Shown here piece by piece: positions 21,836-33,520 of a stretch of 64,000 nt of DNA. Source of the DNA: Macrostomum hystrix (lineage: Eukaryota; Animalia; Platyhelminthes); assembly GCA_950097015.1 (NCBI GenBank), contig CATNEN010000034.1, positions 7,564,001-7,628,000 of the forward strand. Direction: 5' to 3'. The notes under the pieces were generated by a model. That model ran no database searches. It was not told where the DNA came from and saw only the letters and a program-made list of their open reading frames with translations. The position numbers were made by a program, and so were the translations under genes. Position 1 is the stretch's first letter. The number at the start of each line of letters is the position of its first letter.

Positions 21836-22346
21836 TCTGTCATCCTACTGACGCTGGTCCTGCTGGCACTCTGCCTAGCACTGCCTCTTGCAGCTTCGAA
21901 ACGCGCAGTCATCAGCCAAAGCTCGCTGGTTACGCTGATCAATGTGCGAACTGGGAACCGCATGAATGTTGTTCAAGAGTCACCCCATGGTTTGTTATTT
22001 TTGGACGTCAAAACCGGTAAGCAAGCCTCATTCTGAAGACGCCAGGCATGGCTCTAAGAAGATCCTCCTCGACAATCCTGGTTATATTAAAGACATCTAT
22101 GCACAATGCGGCAATAGCAGCGTCACAGTCTACCTTAGAAAAGGAGACGATGATCGTGGTCAGATGTGGTTCATTGTGAATCAGAAAGACTCTATGAAAA
22201 TCAAAGATGGCGACATTGTGACCATCATGAATATGTACTGGAGTCACGCCTACATTGTTGACACATCGCCGAAACGATCATCTCTTAGCAGTATCGCCTG
22301 CGAGAATAATTATCCAGACAAATATAAGGTCACTGTGATCAATTAG
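21836..22346 (+). pseudogene. Secreted-protein paralog 4 (promoter and start deleted, 5-bp frameshift)
   Basis: Lacks the TATA/ATG segment and lacks GTTCA at ~22035 relative to paralog 6; AATAAA at 22367-22372. Confidence 0.85.
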
Positions 22347-22969
22347 TGAGACCCGGAACTCTTACAAATAAACTGCTCTCGTCAGTTGTTCGAATCGTGG
22401 TACAGACTATCTTTATTTTAGCTGAAATCTCTTTTTATTTTCTTCGCACAACTAAAATATATACAATGAAAGACTCAATTTTAACTGCGAAAAACGAAGT
22501 AAAAATTGCAACAATGATATCGGAATCAAAATCAGATTCGAAAATGAAGCGCGCACAATCGATACTACTGCTCAGTGTGAGTTGTTGGTGGTGTAGAAAT
22601 TATGCGATGGGAAGTTCACGATTACAATTTTATTGAAATTGAAAAAATAAATTTTAAACACACATTGACATTTCGTACATGTGTCCTTGGACATTTCTTC
22701 CATCTCTCCTTCCTTCTACATTCACTGAATGTGTCCTTGGACATCCCGTCAGTGTGCTTTTGTATGTTTCCTCAGTGTCATACCACATGGACTTAGCATA
22801 GGACAAGATCCTTTTCGATTTTAATACAAATCTGGTCAAACTACTCGTGAGTTTAGCATTTGTGCAAAGTTGAGCCAATAAACAAATGAATTCTAACTTT
22901 CAGTCAACCAAGGACTGTAGTTATGAAAGTTCATTGTGAAGGCATGCCGTTTTTAAATGCAAGGAAAGC

Positions 22970-23490
22970 TGAGAGGATTGAATCCCAAACTGGGAGGTTG
23001 AATCCCAAACTGGGAGGTTGAATCCCAAACTGGGAGGTTGAATCCCAAACTGGGAGATTGAATCTCAAACTGGGAGGTTGAATCCCAAACTGGGAGGGTT
23101 GAATCCCAATCTGGGAGGGTTGAATCCCAATATGGGAGGGTTGAATCCCAAAATGGGATGGTTGAATCCCAATATGGGAGGTTGAATCCCAAACTGGGAG
23201 GGTTGGATTCTAAACTGGGAGGATTGGCTTCCAAACTTGGTGGATTGGATTCCAAACTGGGGGGATTGAATCCCAAACTGGTAGGATTTAATACCAAACT
23301 GGTAGGATTGAATCCCAAGCTGGGAGGATGGAATTCTATACTGGGAAGATTTGAATCCCAATCTGGGAGGATTGAATCCCAATCTGGGAGGATTGAATCC
23401 CAATCTGGGAGGATTGAATCCCAATCTGGGAGGATTGAATCCCAATCTGGGAGGATTGAATCCCAAAATGGGAGGATTGAATTCCAAACT
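22970..23490 (+). repeat. 20/21-bp minisatellite array
   Basis: GGAGGTTGAATCCCAAACTG and GGAGGATTGAATCCCAATCTG units. Confidence 0.9.
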
Positions 23491-24059
23491 GATTTCCAGT
23501 TTTATTGATTTCCAATCCCAAAATGGAAATTTGAACTGGGAGGATCTTAGTCTTAGATCTTAATCTAAGTCCGGGTTGATTGAATCCCAAACTTAGTCAA
23601 TTCCCTGCTGCAATCTAAAGCTAAACGTCAGTCAATCTCATGCCAAATGTCGACGAATCGACCTATACTAAACTTCTAATCATTGTTTAATTATTTATTC
23701 AGTTATTCGTACCAACGCTACAGAATAACAATGTCTAAACCAAATTTTATCATGTTTTCACCAAAAGTGCCAATCAATTCAAGGATTTGATTAAACTAGC
23801 ACACCAAGCCCCCAAGGTGGGGCACTACTGTTCAGACAAAAATATAGATTAATCCAGAAGGACAAAACACGCTTTAAAGTTGCTCTCCTTAAACAGAAGA
23901 CAAAAATAAATAGAAAATAATTTCATTTCGCAATTACCTAACACAATCAAGAGTCAAAGCAGCAGGAAGTCGCCAACTCACAAAAGGGCCGTTGCTAAAC
24001 TTAATAAAACACAGGCTTACGAGGATGCAAATCATTAGAATCATTTCGCTCTTCAGTGG

Positions 24060-24438
24060 GTACACCTGGACTCTGCACGGAGATGTTTGCAGAAGCACCA
24101 GGTCCCGGCTGCTGCTGCACCAGTCACGGCCCGGCCGCCTTGGTCCTCAGGTCCAGCCGCCTCGCAGCCAGATGGAGTCGCCCACCTTCTCGGTCATGGT
24201 GAGCGTCATGAGCGTCATGAACGTCATGAGCTGTTCCGGAGAGTCCGAGCGGTTCCCGCTTGGCCTGCTGGTGCGAATAGTCAGGAGCAGCTTCTGCAGA
24301 AATTGGTCGAATGTCACCACCTTGGTTCACGTCTTCAACCCGCCTTTCAGACTTCTCACCAGCCGCTCAGCCTGTGCAATAGACTGCGGATGATAAGGCG
24401 GGGTGTGTACCTCCTGGCACCCGACGCTGCTCAGCCAC
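24060..24438 (-). mobile_element. Ty3/Gypsy integrase C-terminal fragment
   Basis: HTPPYHPQSIAQAERLVRSLK; duplicate of 34090-34469. Confidence 0.8.
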
Positions 24439-24447
24439 GTCAGAATA

Positions 24448-25737
24448 TGATAAATATTCTCAACTTCAAAAACCTTCTATAAACAACCATTTGGGTTAAT
24501 AAGAATAGTTCGATGGTTTTAGCAACACTAGTTAAATTAATGCAGTAACTCGTATATTTGTTTCTTTGTCGATTTTTTTTCTTAATATTCTTATTTTTCT
24601 GGTTATATCAACACTGATTAAATTAGGGTGAAATAGAAGCGGCATAAAATGTGTCTCTTTTTAGTGGTTACAGAAATTCGTTCCTTAGGCATGTGACCCA
24701 CATTCTCCTTGCTAAATTGCAGTCAACATTTGTGTTTTTGCTTGCTGTTTTATGACTCGACTGTCCAAAATCAACTGCTGTTTGAAAAGTCCAGATCTCA
24801 ATGTCTGCTGCTCTGGGGTTTATTTGAGCAATGCTACATGCTATCTCACCTAACTGCTCCACACTGTCTCCTTGCATGGGCTCATCTGGGCCAAAATCGG
24901 ATTCACTAGCAACGCTACTGTGCTCAGTGCTGTCGCTAGTTCCGCTGCCGCCGCCGCCGCTGTCATCGCACCTATTGGTACTACCATCGCTTTCAATGCT
25001 GTCGGATGCATTAGTGACAACATTTTGCTCGCTGCTAGCTCTGCTGATTGCACCTGATTGCTGACCTGAGGAAAAGGACGCATTGAGTTAACTATAACTT
25101 AGCGGTTTAAATTTACTAAATTATGTCTTTTTTTCTCCAGAAAAGAGAGATAATGATAATCGCATTGCTCACGTCTCTACAGAACTTTATGTTCTGAAAT
25201 CCTAGTTGTATAAACTAAACAGAAGGCAGCTGAACATCAGGGGGTGGCAGCTGGACGTTGACAGAAGGCAGCTGAACATCAGGGAGGCAGCTGGACGTCG
25301 GCAGAAGGCAGCTGAACATCAGGGGTGGCAGCTGGACGTTGGCCGTTTGCCGCTGATGATGATCAATATCCTCTTCGTCGCTCCCCTCTTCCTCGTAAAA
25401 AATAACGCATGGACTGCACATCCAAAGTTGTTTGCCTCTAATTTGCGGCGGTTGACGATCGGCATGCGGCTCAGCGAAGTCATCGTCACTGTTGGTCTCG
25501 GCGATGACCGCATTGATAAGCTGGCTGAGGGCTTGCTTTCTGCCTGCCTCCTCGCTCGCCTGATCTTGGGCTTTTTGCAGCACACTGCGTCGCAAGTTGC
25601 GGACTCCATCGTCACCAGCAGGCAGCAGCTGATGTCCTCGATGCCGAAGAGCAGAATTTTTTTCCCGGGCTTAATCAACCCGCATTGCCAGCAAACAGAC
25701 CATGTACTTTTGTTACATCTTGAGTGGCGGTCCGACT
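24448..25737. repeat. Direct duplicate of 16738-18996 with an internal ~1-kb deletion
   Basis: Near-identical at a constant offset of 7710 up to ~25216, then jumps into the 42-bp repeat. Confidence 0.92.
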
Positions 25738-26209
25738 TAAGACTTCCAAGGACACTTTTGTGACAAGTTAAGCAAACTTCACAAACTTTCCTGTTCAGGT
25801 AAAATCCTGTTTATATACTCATCCAATAATGCATCTTCCTCACACTCAATCCAGCAACAAAGCTGTTTATCCTCCTCCTCCCCCCTTCCCCTCCTCCCAA
25901 CCCCAGTCTGTTCAGTGCGGCACAGATGCGTGGACACACATTGCACTTGAAAGCATAGAAAAAATAGCGGTCTCTGTTATGCACTAATAGTCAGTGCGGC
26001 AGAGTTGAGTTATGTTGCTTACAATATCTAGCTCCAGACCCCCCAAACAGTGTTCATTTGGGACAGACTCGGATGTGCACAGCAGCACTGGGACTCTCTC
26101 CACTTCAGGCCAAAGAGATTGGCTGGACCTATGCCGTACACAAAGCTGATAGGCCACCCTTCTTACCGGCCTCTAACCCTCAGCAATGTCTTATCTCCAA
26201 TGTGTGCGT

Positions 26210-26715
26210 TGCATTCGTTTCCTTTCTATCATTTTACATTGCGCCCAGTGCTAATGCGGCAGTGTCATAACATCCCATTGACCGCCTCCGATTCCTATCT
26301 CTATACAGTGAATTCACCCACTCCTATGCTTTTACACTACCGCCTATCTCCCCAGTGCTAATGCGGCAGTGTCATAACATCCCATTGACCGCCTCCGATT
26401 CCTATCTCTATACAGTGAATTCACCCACTCCTATGCTTTTACACTACCGCCTATCTCCCCAGTGCTAATGCGGCAGTGTCATAACATCCCATTGACCGCC
26501 TCCGATTCCTATCTCTATACAGTGAATTCACCCACTCCTATGCTTTTACACTACCGCCTATCTCCCCAGTGCTAATGCGGCAGTGTCATAACATCCCATT
26601 GACCGCCTCCGATTCCTATCTCTATACAGTGAATTCACCCACTCCTATGCTTTTACACTACCGCCTATCTCCCCAGTGCTAATGCGGCAGAATCATAATT
26701 CCCAATGCTACTACT
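26210..26715 (-). repeat. Maverick right terminal inverted repeat with four tandem 107-bp units
   Basis: Reverse complement reads AGTAGTAGCATTGGGAATTATGATTCTGCCGC...; 107-bp units start at 26251, 26358, 26465 and 26572. Confidence 0.8.
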
Positions 26716-26719
26716 TGTA

Positions 26720-28152
26720 GATTTAATCCTCCCAGTTTGGGATTTGAATACTCCCAGTTTGGGATTTGAATACTCCTAGTTTGGGATTCGAATACTCCCA
26801 GTTTGGAATCCAATAATCCCAGTTTGGAATCCAATACTCCCAGTTTGGGATTCGAGTACTCCCAGTTTGGGATTCGAATACTCCCAGTTTGGGATTCGAA
26901 TACTCCCAGTTTGGGATTTGAATACTCCCAGTTTGGGATTTGAATACTCCCAGTTTGGGATTCAAACACTCCCAGTTTGGGATTCGAATACTCCCAGTTT
27001 GGGATTCGAATACTCCCAGTTTGGGATTCGAATACTCCCAGTTTGGGATTCGAATACTCCCAGTTTGGGATTCGAATACTCCCAGTTTGGGATTCGAATA
27101 CTCCCAGTTTGGGATTCGAATACTCCCAGTTTGGGATTCGAATACTCCCAGTTTGGGATTCGAATACTCCCAGTTTGGGATTCGAATACTCCCAGTTTGG
27201 GATTCGAATACTCCCAGTTTGGGATTCGAATACTCCCAGTTTGGGATTCGAATACTCCCAGTTTGGGATTCGAATACTCCCAGTTTGGGATTCGAATACT
27301 CCCAGTTTGGGATTCGAATACTCCCAGTTTGGGATTCGAATACTCCCAGTTTGGGATTCGAATACTCCCAGTTTGGGATTTGAATACTCCCAGTTTGGGA
27401 TTTGAATACTCCCAGTTTGGGATTCAAACACTCCCAGTTTGGGATTCGAATACTCCCAGTTTGGGATTCGAATACTCCCAGTTTGGGATTCGAATACTCC
27501 CAGTTTGGGATTCGAATACTCCCAGTTTGGGATTCGAATACTCCCAGTTTGGGATTCGAATACTCCCAGTTTGGGATTTGAATACTCCCAGTTTGGGATT
27601 CAATCCTATCAGCTTGGAATTCAATCCTACCAGCTTGGGATTCAATCCCCTCAGCTTGGAATCCAATCCTCCTTGTTTAAAATTCAAATCCTCCTAGTTT
27701 GGGATTCAAACCTGGCAGTTTGGGATTCAATCCTCCAATTTTAGGATTCAACCTCCCGGTTTGGAATTCAATCCTCTCAGCTTGGAATCCAATACTCCCA
27801 GTTTGGAATCCAATACTCCCAGTTTGGAATTCAAATACTCCCAGTTTGGAATCCAATACTCCCAGTTTGGAATCCAATACTCCCAGTTTGGAATCCAATA
27901 CTCCCAGTTTGGAATCCAATACTCCCAGTTTGGAATTCAAATACTCCCAGTTTGGAATCCAATACTCCTAGTTTGGAATCCAATACTCCCAGTTTGGAAT
28001 CCAATACTCCCAGTTTGGAATCCAATACCTCCAGTTTGGAATCCAATACTCCCAGGTTGGAGTTCAAATACTCCCGGTTGGGAATGCAATCCTCTCAGCT
28101 TGGAATTCAATCCTCCCATTTTGGGATTTGAATACTCCTAGTTTGGGATTTG
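26720..28152 (-). repeat. 22-bp/21-bp minisatellite array (GTTTGGGATTCGAATACTCCCA)
   Basis: A homogeneous 22-bp block at ~26860-27590, followed by 21-bp variants. Confidence 0.95.
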
Positions 28153-28244
28153 AAAGAAGAAACAAAAATGGCTCGTACTCGTATTTTGTGCCACGATTCG
28201 AACAACTGACGAGAGCAGTTTATTTGTAAGAGTTCCGGGTCTCA

Positions 28245-28793
28245 CTAATTGATCACAGTGACCTTCCACTTATCTCTTTTATCATCTTTATTATGATTCT
28301 TGCAGGCAATACTTCTAAAAGATGATCTGAACCGCCATGTGTCAACAATGTAGGCGTGACTCCAGTACATATTCCTGATGGTCACAATGTCACCATCTTT
28401 GATGTTCATAGAGTTGTTCTGATTCACAATGAACCACATCTGACCACGATCAGCGGCTCCTTTTTGAAGGTAGATTGCATAGCCGTTGCCGCATTGTGCA
28501 TAGATCTCTTTAATATAACCAGGATTGTCGAGGACGATCTTCTTAGAGCCATGCCAGGCGTCTTCGAATCGGAATGAGGTTGGCTTACCGGTTGCGACAT
28601 TACCGTTTGCGACCAATAATAACGCACCTTTGTCTTCACCAACGTCTATGCGGTTCCCTGTTGCCACATTGATCAGCGTAACCAGCGAGCTTTGGCTGAT
28701 GACTGCGCGTTTCGAAGCTGCAAGAGGCAGTGCTAGGCAGAGTGCCAGCAGGACCAGCGTCAGTAGGATGACAGAACTGCTTTGATTGGGCAT
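28245..28793 (-). CDS. Secreted beta-trefoil-like protein, paralog 5
   Basis: 182-aa intact ORF; TATA at 28865-28871; recent duplicate of paralog 3. Confidence 0.85.
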   Translation of the reverse strand: MPNQSSSVILLTLVLLALCLALPLAASKRAVISQSSLVTLINVATGNRIDVGEDKGALLLVANGNVATGKPTSFRFEDAWHGSKKIVLDNPGYIKEIYAQCGNGYAIYLQKGAADRGQMWFIVNQNNSMNIKDGDIVTIRNMYWSHAYIVDTWRFRSSFRSIACKNHNKDDKRDKWKVTVIN

Positions 28794-29214
28794 TCCAATT
28801 CAATTTCTGGCAGTTTCAATAAACGAACCGAGAAATTGGAGTTTGATTTGAATTTCTCAGAAGCTTATATAGAGCTTTTGGTTGATTGGAATTTTTAACG
28901 TTAAGCGCAGACGAGCAGAGAAAACTGTTTCTTTCCTAGGAACTACATTTTTACCTTCAGGAATGCAGATGACGTTGTGGTTGCGTTGCAATCAATAAGG
29001 AAAATTTTAATCTGATTCACTCCTCAGGAGTATCTCTGTGCATGTGGCTTTGCTTCAAGTCGGATACATATTTTCAACTAAAATTTGAAACCGCTATCAG
29101 ATTAAGAAATATTTCTTAGAAGGAAATTCTTAAAAAAAGTGGAAAAGTTTTCTTGATTTTCGTTCAGTGCTTCACTTCGCAATTGCTGTGCTTCGAGCGT
29201 TGCCTGCAAGTGAT

Positions 29215-30150
29215 ACTCCCAGTTTGGGATTCGAATACTCCCAGTTTGGGATTCGAATACTCCCAGTTTGGAATCCAATAATCCCAGTTTGGAATCCAAT
29301 ACTCCCAGTTTGGGATTCGAGTACTCCCAGTTTGGGATTCGAATACTCCCAGTTTGGGATTCGAATACTCCCAGTTTGGGATTTGAATACTCCCAGTTTG
29401 GGATTCAAACACTCCCAGTTTGGGATTCGAATACTCCCAGTTTGGGATTCGAATACTCCCAGTTTGGGATTCGAATACTCCCAGTTTGGAATTCAAATAC
29501 TCCCAGGTTGGAGTTCAAATACCCCCAGTTTGGAATTTAATCCTCCCAGTTTGGGATTCAATCCTTCCAGTTTGGGATTCAATTTTTCCAGTTTGGGATT
29601 CAATCCTTCCAGTTTGGGATTCAACCTCCCGGTGTGGAATGCAATCCTCTCAGCTTGGAATCCAATCCTCCCAGTTTGGAATCCAATACTCCCAGTTTGG
29701 AATTCAAATACTCCCAGTTTGGAATCCAATACTCCCAGTTTGGAATCCAATACTCCCAGTTTGGAATCCAATACTCCCAGTTTGGAATCCAATACCTCCA
29801 GTTTGGAATCCAATACTCCCAGTTTGGAATCCAATACTCCCAGTTTGGAATCCAATACCTCCAGTTTGGAATCCAATACTCCCAGTTTGGAATCCAATAC
29901 TCCCAGTTTGGAATCCAATACTCCCAGTTTGGAATTCAAATACTCCCAGGTTGGAGTTCAAATACTCCCAGTTTGGAATTTAATCCTCCCAGTTTGGGAT
30001 TCAATCCTTCCAGTTTGGGATTCAATTTTTCCAGTTTGGGATTCAATCCTTCCAGTTTGGGATTCAACCTCCCGGTGTGGAATGCAATCCTCTCAGCTTG
30101 GAATCCAATCCTCCCAGTTTGAAATTCAAATCCTTCTAGATTGGGATTTA
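29215..30150 (-). repeat. 21/22-bp minisatellite array
   Basis: Same family; expanded relative to 20335-20870. Confidence 0.9.
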
Positions 30151-30173
30151 AGTCCTTCCAGTTCCAGAGCAGA

Positions 30174-30477
30174 GGTTGTAGCCTCGTGGTAAGTCGGACT
30201 CACGACTTGAAGGTCGGGGGTTCGATTCTCGACTCCACTGGAACAATTTGCGTCCCTTAGCAAGACACTTAACTCTGCATTGCTTCAGTTCACCCAGCTG
30301 TTAAATGGGTACCAGCATCAGCTGGGATAATTGAAGGTGGGTGTGGCGTCCCCCCAGTCCGTGGACTGAACAGCTGTACGCAGCCTTCAGATGCGCCGCG
30401 TATTAGCTGCGGCTGTGCTGTCGGCTGCACATCTGACCCAATTGGGGCAGGTGTAATCAATTATTTTTATTATTATT
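30174..30477 (+). mobile_element. tRNA-derived CORE-like SINE (duplicate of 20889-21194)
   Basis: Near-identical sequence in the same flanking context, so co-duplicated rather than newly inserted. Confidence 0.75.
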
Positions 30478-31254
30478 GTAGTTTGGGATATAACCCTGGC
30501 AGATTGGGAATCAATCCTCCCAGTTTGGGACTTGTAAGCTGAAGAACTCTAGTCAAGTCTTGGTAGCTGACAAACCAACAGTTGAGGGCCAGAGCCAAAG
30601 CTTGCGATCTATTTATTATGCACAGACTTTACGATGAATGCACATTGATTATTGATACGATTTGATTGGTTGAGGGCTAAAACATGCACTGACACGCAGG
30701 TGGATATGCTGTGAGTAAACACTGCTAGAGAGAGACAGAGCACGACAGATAGGGAGAAGGATAACACAGAATGTTAACGAGGACTGAAGCATAAAAGTGC
30801 AACCGCAAAACCAACACACACTGGGAGGATGTCAATATCAGACTGGGTTGATTGAATGCCAAACTGAGCCAATCCCCTGCTGCAATCTAATGCTGAACGG
30901 CAGTCAATCTCATGCCAAATCTCGACAGCGGAAAATCACGCCACCAGTGCTTCTCTGTGATCACTTGCAGGCAACGCTGGAAGCTCAGCAACTGCGAAGC
31001 GAAGCACGGAACGAAAAGCAAAAAATTTTCCCACATGTTTTTTTTCAGTAATTTCCTTCAAAGAAATATTTCTGTATCTGATAGCGGTTTCAAATTTTAG
31101 CTGAAAATATGTATCCAACTTGAAGCAAAGCCACATGCACAGAGATACTCCTGATGAGTAAATCACGTTAAAGTTTTCCTTTTTGATTGCAACGCAACCA
31201 CAACGTCATCTGCATTCCTGAAGGTAAAAATGTAGTTCCTAGGAAAGAAAATGT

Positions 31255-31770
31255 TCTGTCATCCTACTGACGCTGGTCCTGCTGGCACTCTGCCTAGCAC
31301 TGCCTCTTGCAGCTTCGAAACGCGCAGTCATCAGCCAAAGCTCGCTGGTTACGCTGATCAATGTGCGAACAGGCAACCGCATAAATGTTAATCAAGAGTC
31401 ACCCCATGGTTTGTTATTTTTGGACGTCAAAACCGGTAAGCCAGCCTCATTCTGGTTCAAAGACGCCAGGCATGGCTCTAAGAAGATCCTCCTCGACAAT
31501 CCTGGTTATATTAAAGACATCTATGCACAATGCGGCAACAGCAGCGTCACAGTCTACCTTAGAAAAGGAGACGATGATCGTGGTCAGATGTGGTTCATTG
31601 TGAATCAGAAAGACTCTATGAAAATCAAAGATGGCGACATTGTGACCATCATGAATATGTACTGGAGTCACGCCTACATTGTTGACACATCGCCGAAACG
31701 ATCATCTCTTAGCAGTATCGCCTGCGAGAATAATTATCCAGACAAATATAAGGTCACTGTGATCAATTAG
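31255..31770 (+). pseudogene. Secreted-protein paralog 6 (TATA, TSS and start codon deleted; rest of frame open)
   Basis: The frame is open from SVILLTLV to the stop at 31768-31770; the only nearby ATG (31251) is out of frame. Confidence 0.8.
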
Positions 31771-32394
31771 TGAGACCCGGAACTCTTACAAATAAACTGC
31801 TCTCGTCAGTTGTTCGAATCGTGGTACAGACTATCTTTATTTTAGCTGAAATCTCTTTTTATTTTCTTCGCACAACTAAAATTTATAAAAGGCAAGACTC
31901 AATTATGAACTGCGAAAAACGAAGTAGAAATTGCAACAATGATATCGGAATCAAAATCAGATTCGAAAATGAAGCGCGCACAATCGATACTACTGCTCAG
32001 TGTGAGTTGTTGGTGGTGTAGAAATTATGCGATGGGAAGTTCACGATTACAATTTTATTGAAATTGAAAAAATAAATTTTAAACACACATTGACATTTCG
32101 TACATGTGTCCTTGGACATTTCTTCCATCTCTCCTTCCTTCTACATTCACTGAATGTGTCCTTGGACATCCCGTCAGTGTGCTTTTGTATGTTTCCTCAG
32201 TGTCATACCACATGGACTTAGCATAGGACAAGATCCTTTTCGATTTTAATACAAATCTGTTCAAACTACTCGTGAGTTTAGCATTTGTGCAAAGTTGAGC
32301 CAATAAACAAATGAATTCTAACTTTCAGTCAACCAAGGACTGTAGTTATGAAAGTTCATTGTGAAGGCATGCCGTTTTTAAAGCAAGGAAAGCT

Positions 32395-33520
32395 GAGAGG
32401 ATTGAATCCCAAACTGGGAGGTTGAATCCCAAACTGGGAGGTTGAATCCCAAACTGGGAGGTTGAATCCCAAACTGGGAGGTTGAATCCCAATATGGGAG
32501 GGTTGAATCCCAATCTGGGAGGGTTGAATCCCAATATGGGAGGGTTGAATCCCAATATGGGAGGGTTGAATCCCAATATGGGAGGTTGAATCCCAAACTG
32601 GGAGGGTTGGATTCTAAACTGGGAGGATTGGATTCCAAACTTGGTGGATTGGATTCCAAACTGGGGGATTGATTCCCAAACTGGTAGGATTTAATACCAA
32701 ACTGGTAGGATTGAATCCCAAGCTGGGAGGATGGAATTCTATACTGGGAAGATTTGAATCCCAATCTGGGAGGATTGAATCCCAATATGGGAGGGTTGAA
32801 TCCCAATCTGGGAGGGTTGAATCCCAATATGGGAGGGTTGAATCCCAATATGGGAGGGTTGAATCCCAATATGGGAGGTTGAATCCCAAACTGGGAGGGT
32901 TGGATTCTAAACTGGGAGGATTGGATTCCAAACTTGGTGGATTGGATTCCAAACTGGGGGATTGATTCCCAAACTGGTAGGATTTAATACCAAACTGGTA
33001 GGATTGAATCCCAAGCTGGGAGGATGGAATTCTATACTGGGAAGATTTGAATCCCAATCTGGGAGGATTGAATCCCAATCTGGGAGGATTGAATCCCAAT
33101 CTGGGAGGATTGAATCCCAAAATGGGAGGATTGAATCCCAATCTGGGAGGATTGAATTCCAAACTGGTAGGATTTAATACCAAACTGGGAGGATTGAATC
33201 CCAATCTGGGAGGATTGAATCCCAATCTGGGAGGATTGAATCCCAATCTGGGATGATTGAATCCCAATCTGGGAGGATTGAATCCCAATCTGGGAGGATT
33301 GAATCCCAATCTGGGAGGATTGAATCCCAATCTGGGAGGATTGAATCCCAATCTGGGAGGATTGAATCCCAAAATGGGAGGATTGAATCCCAAAATGGGA
33401 GGATTGAATCCCAATCTGGGAGGATTGAATCCCAATCTGGGAGGTTGAATCCCAATCTGGGAGGATTGAATCCCAAAATGGGAGGATTGAATCCCAAAAT
33501 GGGAGGATTGAATTCCAAAC
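32395..33520 (+). repeat. 20/21-bp minisatellite array
   Basis: Expanded counterpart of 22970-23490. Confidence 0.92.

Larger units (their letters stand above)
6789..26715. mobile_element. Maverick/Polinton-type endogenous viral element (decayed, with nested Gypsy and internal duplication)
   Basis: Inverted termini that both start AGTAGTA. Internal MCP, adenain-like protease, packaging ATPase and pPolB relic. Compact intronless gene order. No Maverick integrase or penton was recognised, and no clean TSD. Confidence 0.8.

Noticed and set aside
26251-26690. CRISPR-like array (this and the other regular repeats)
   Set aside because: The units are contiguous with no unique spacers, there are no cas genes, and the context is eukaryotic.
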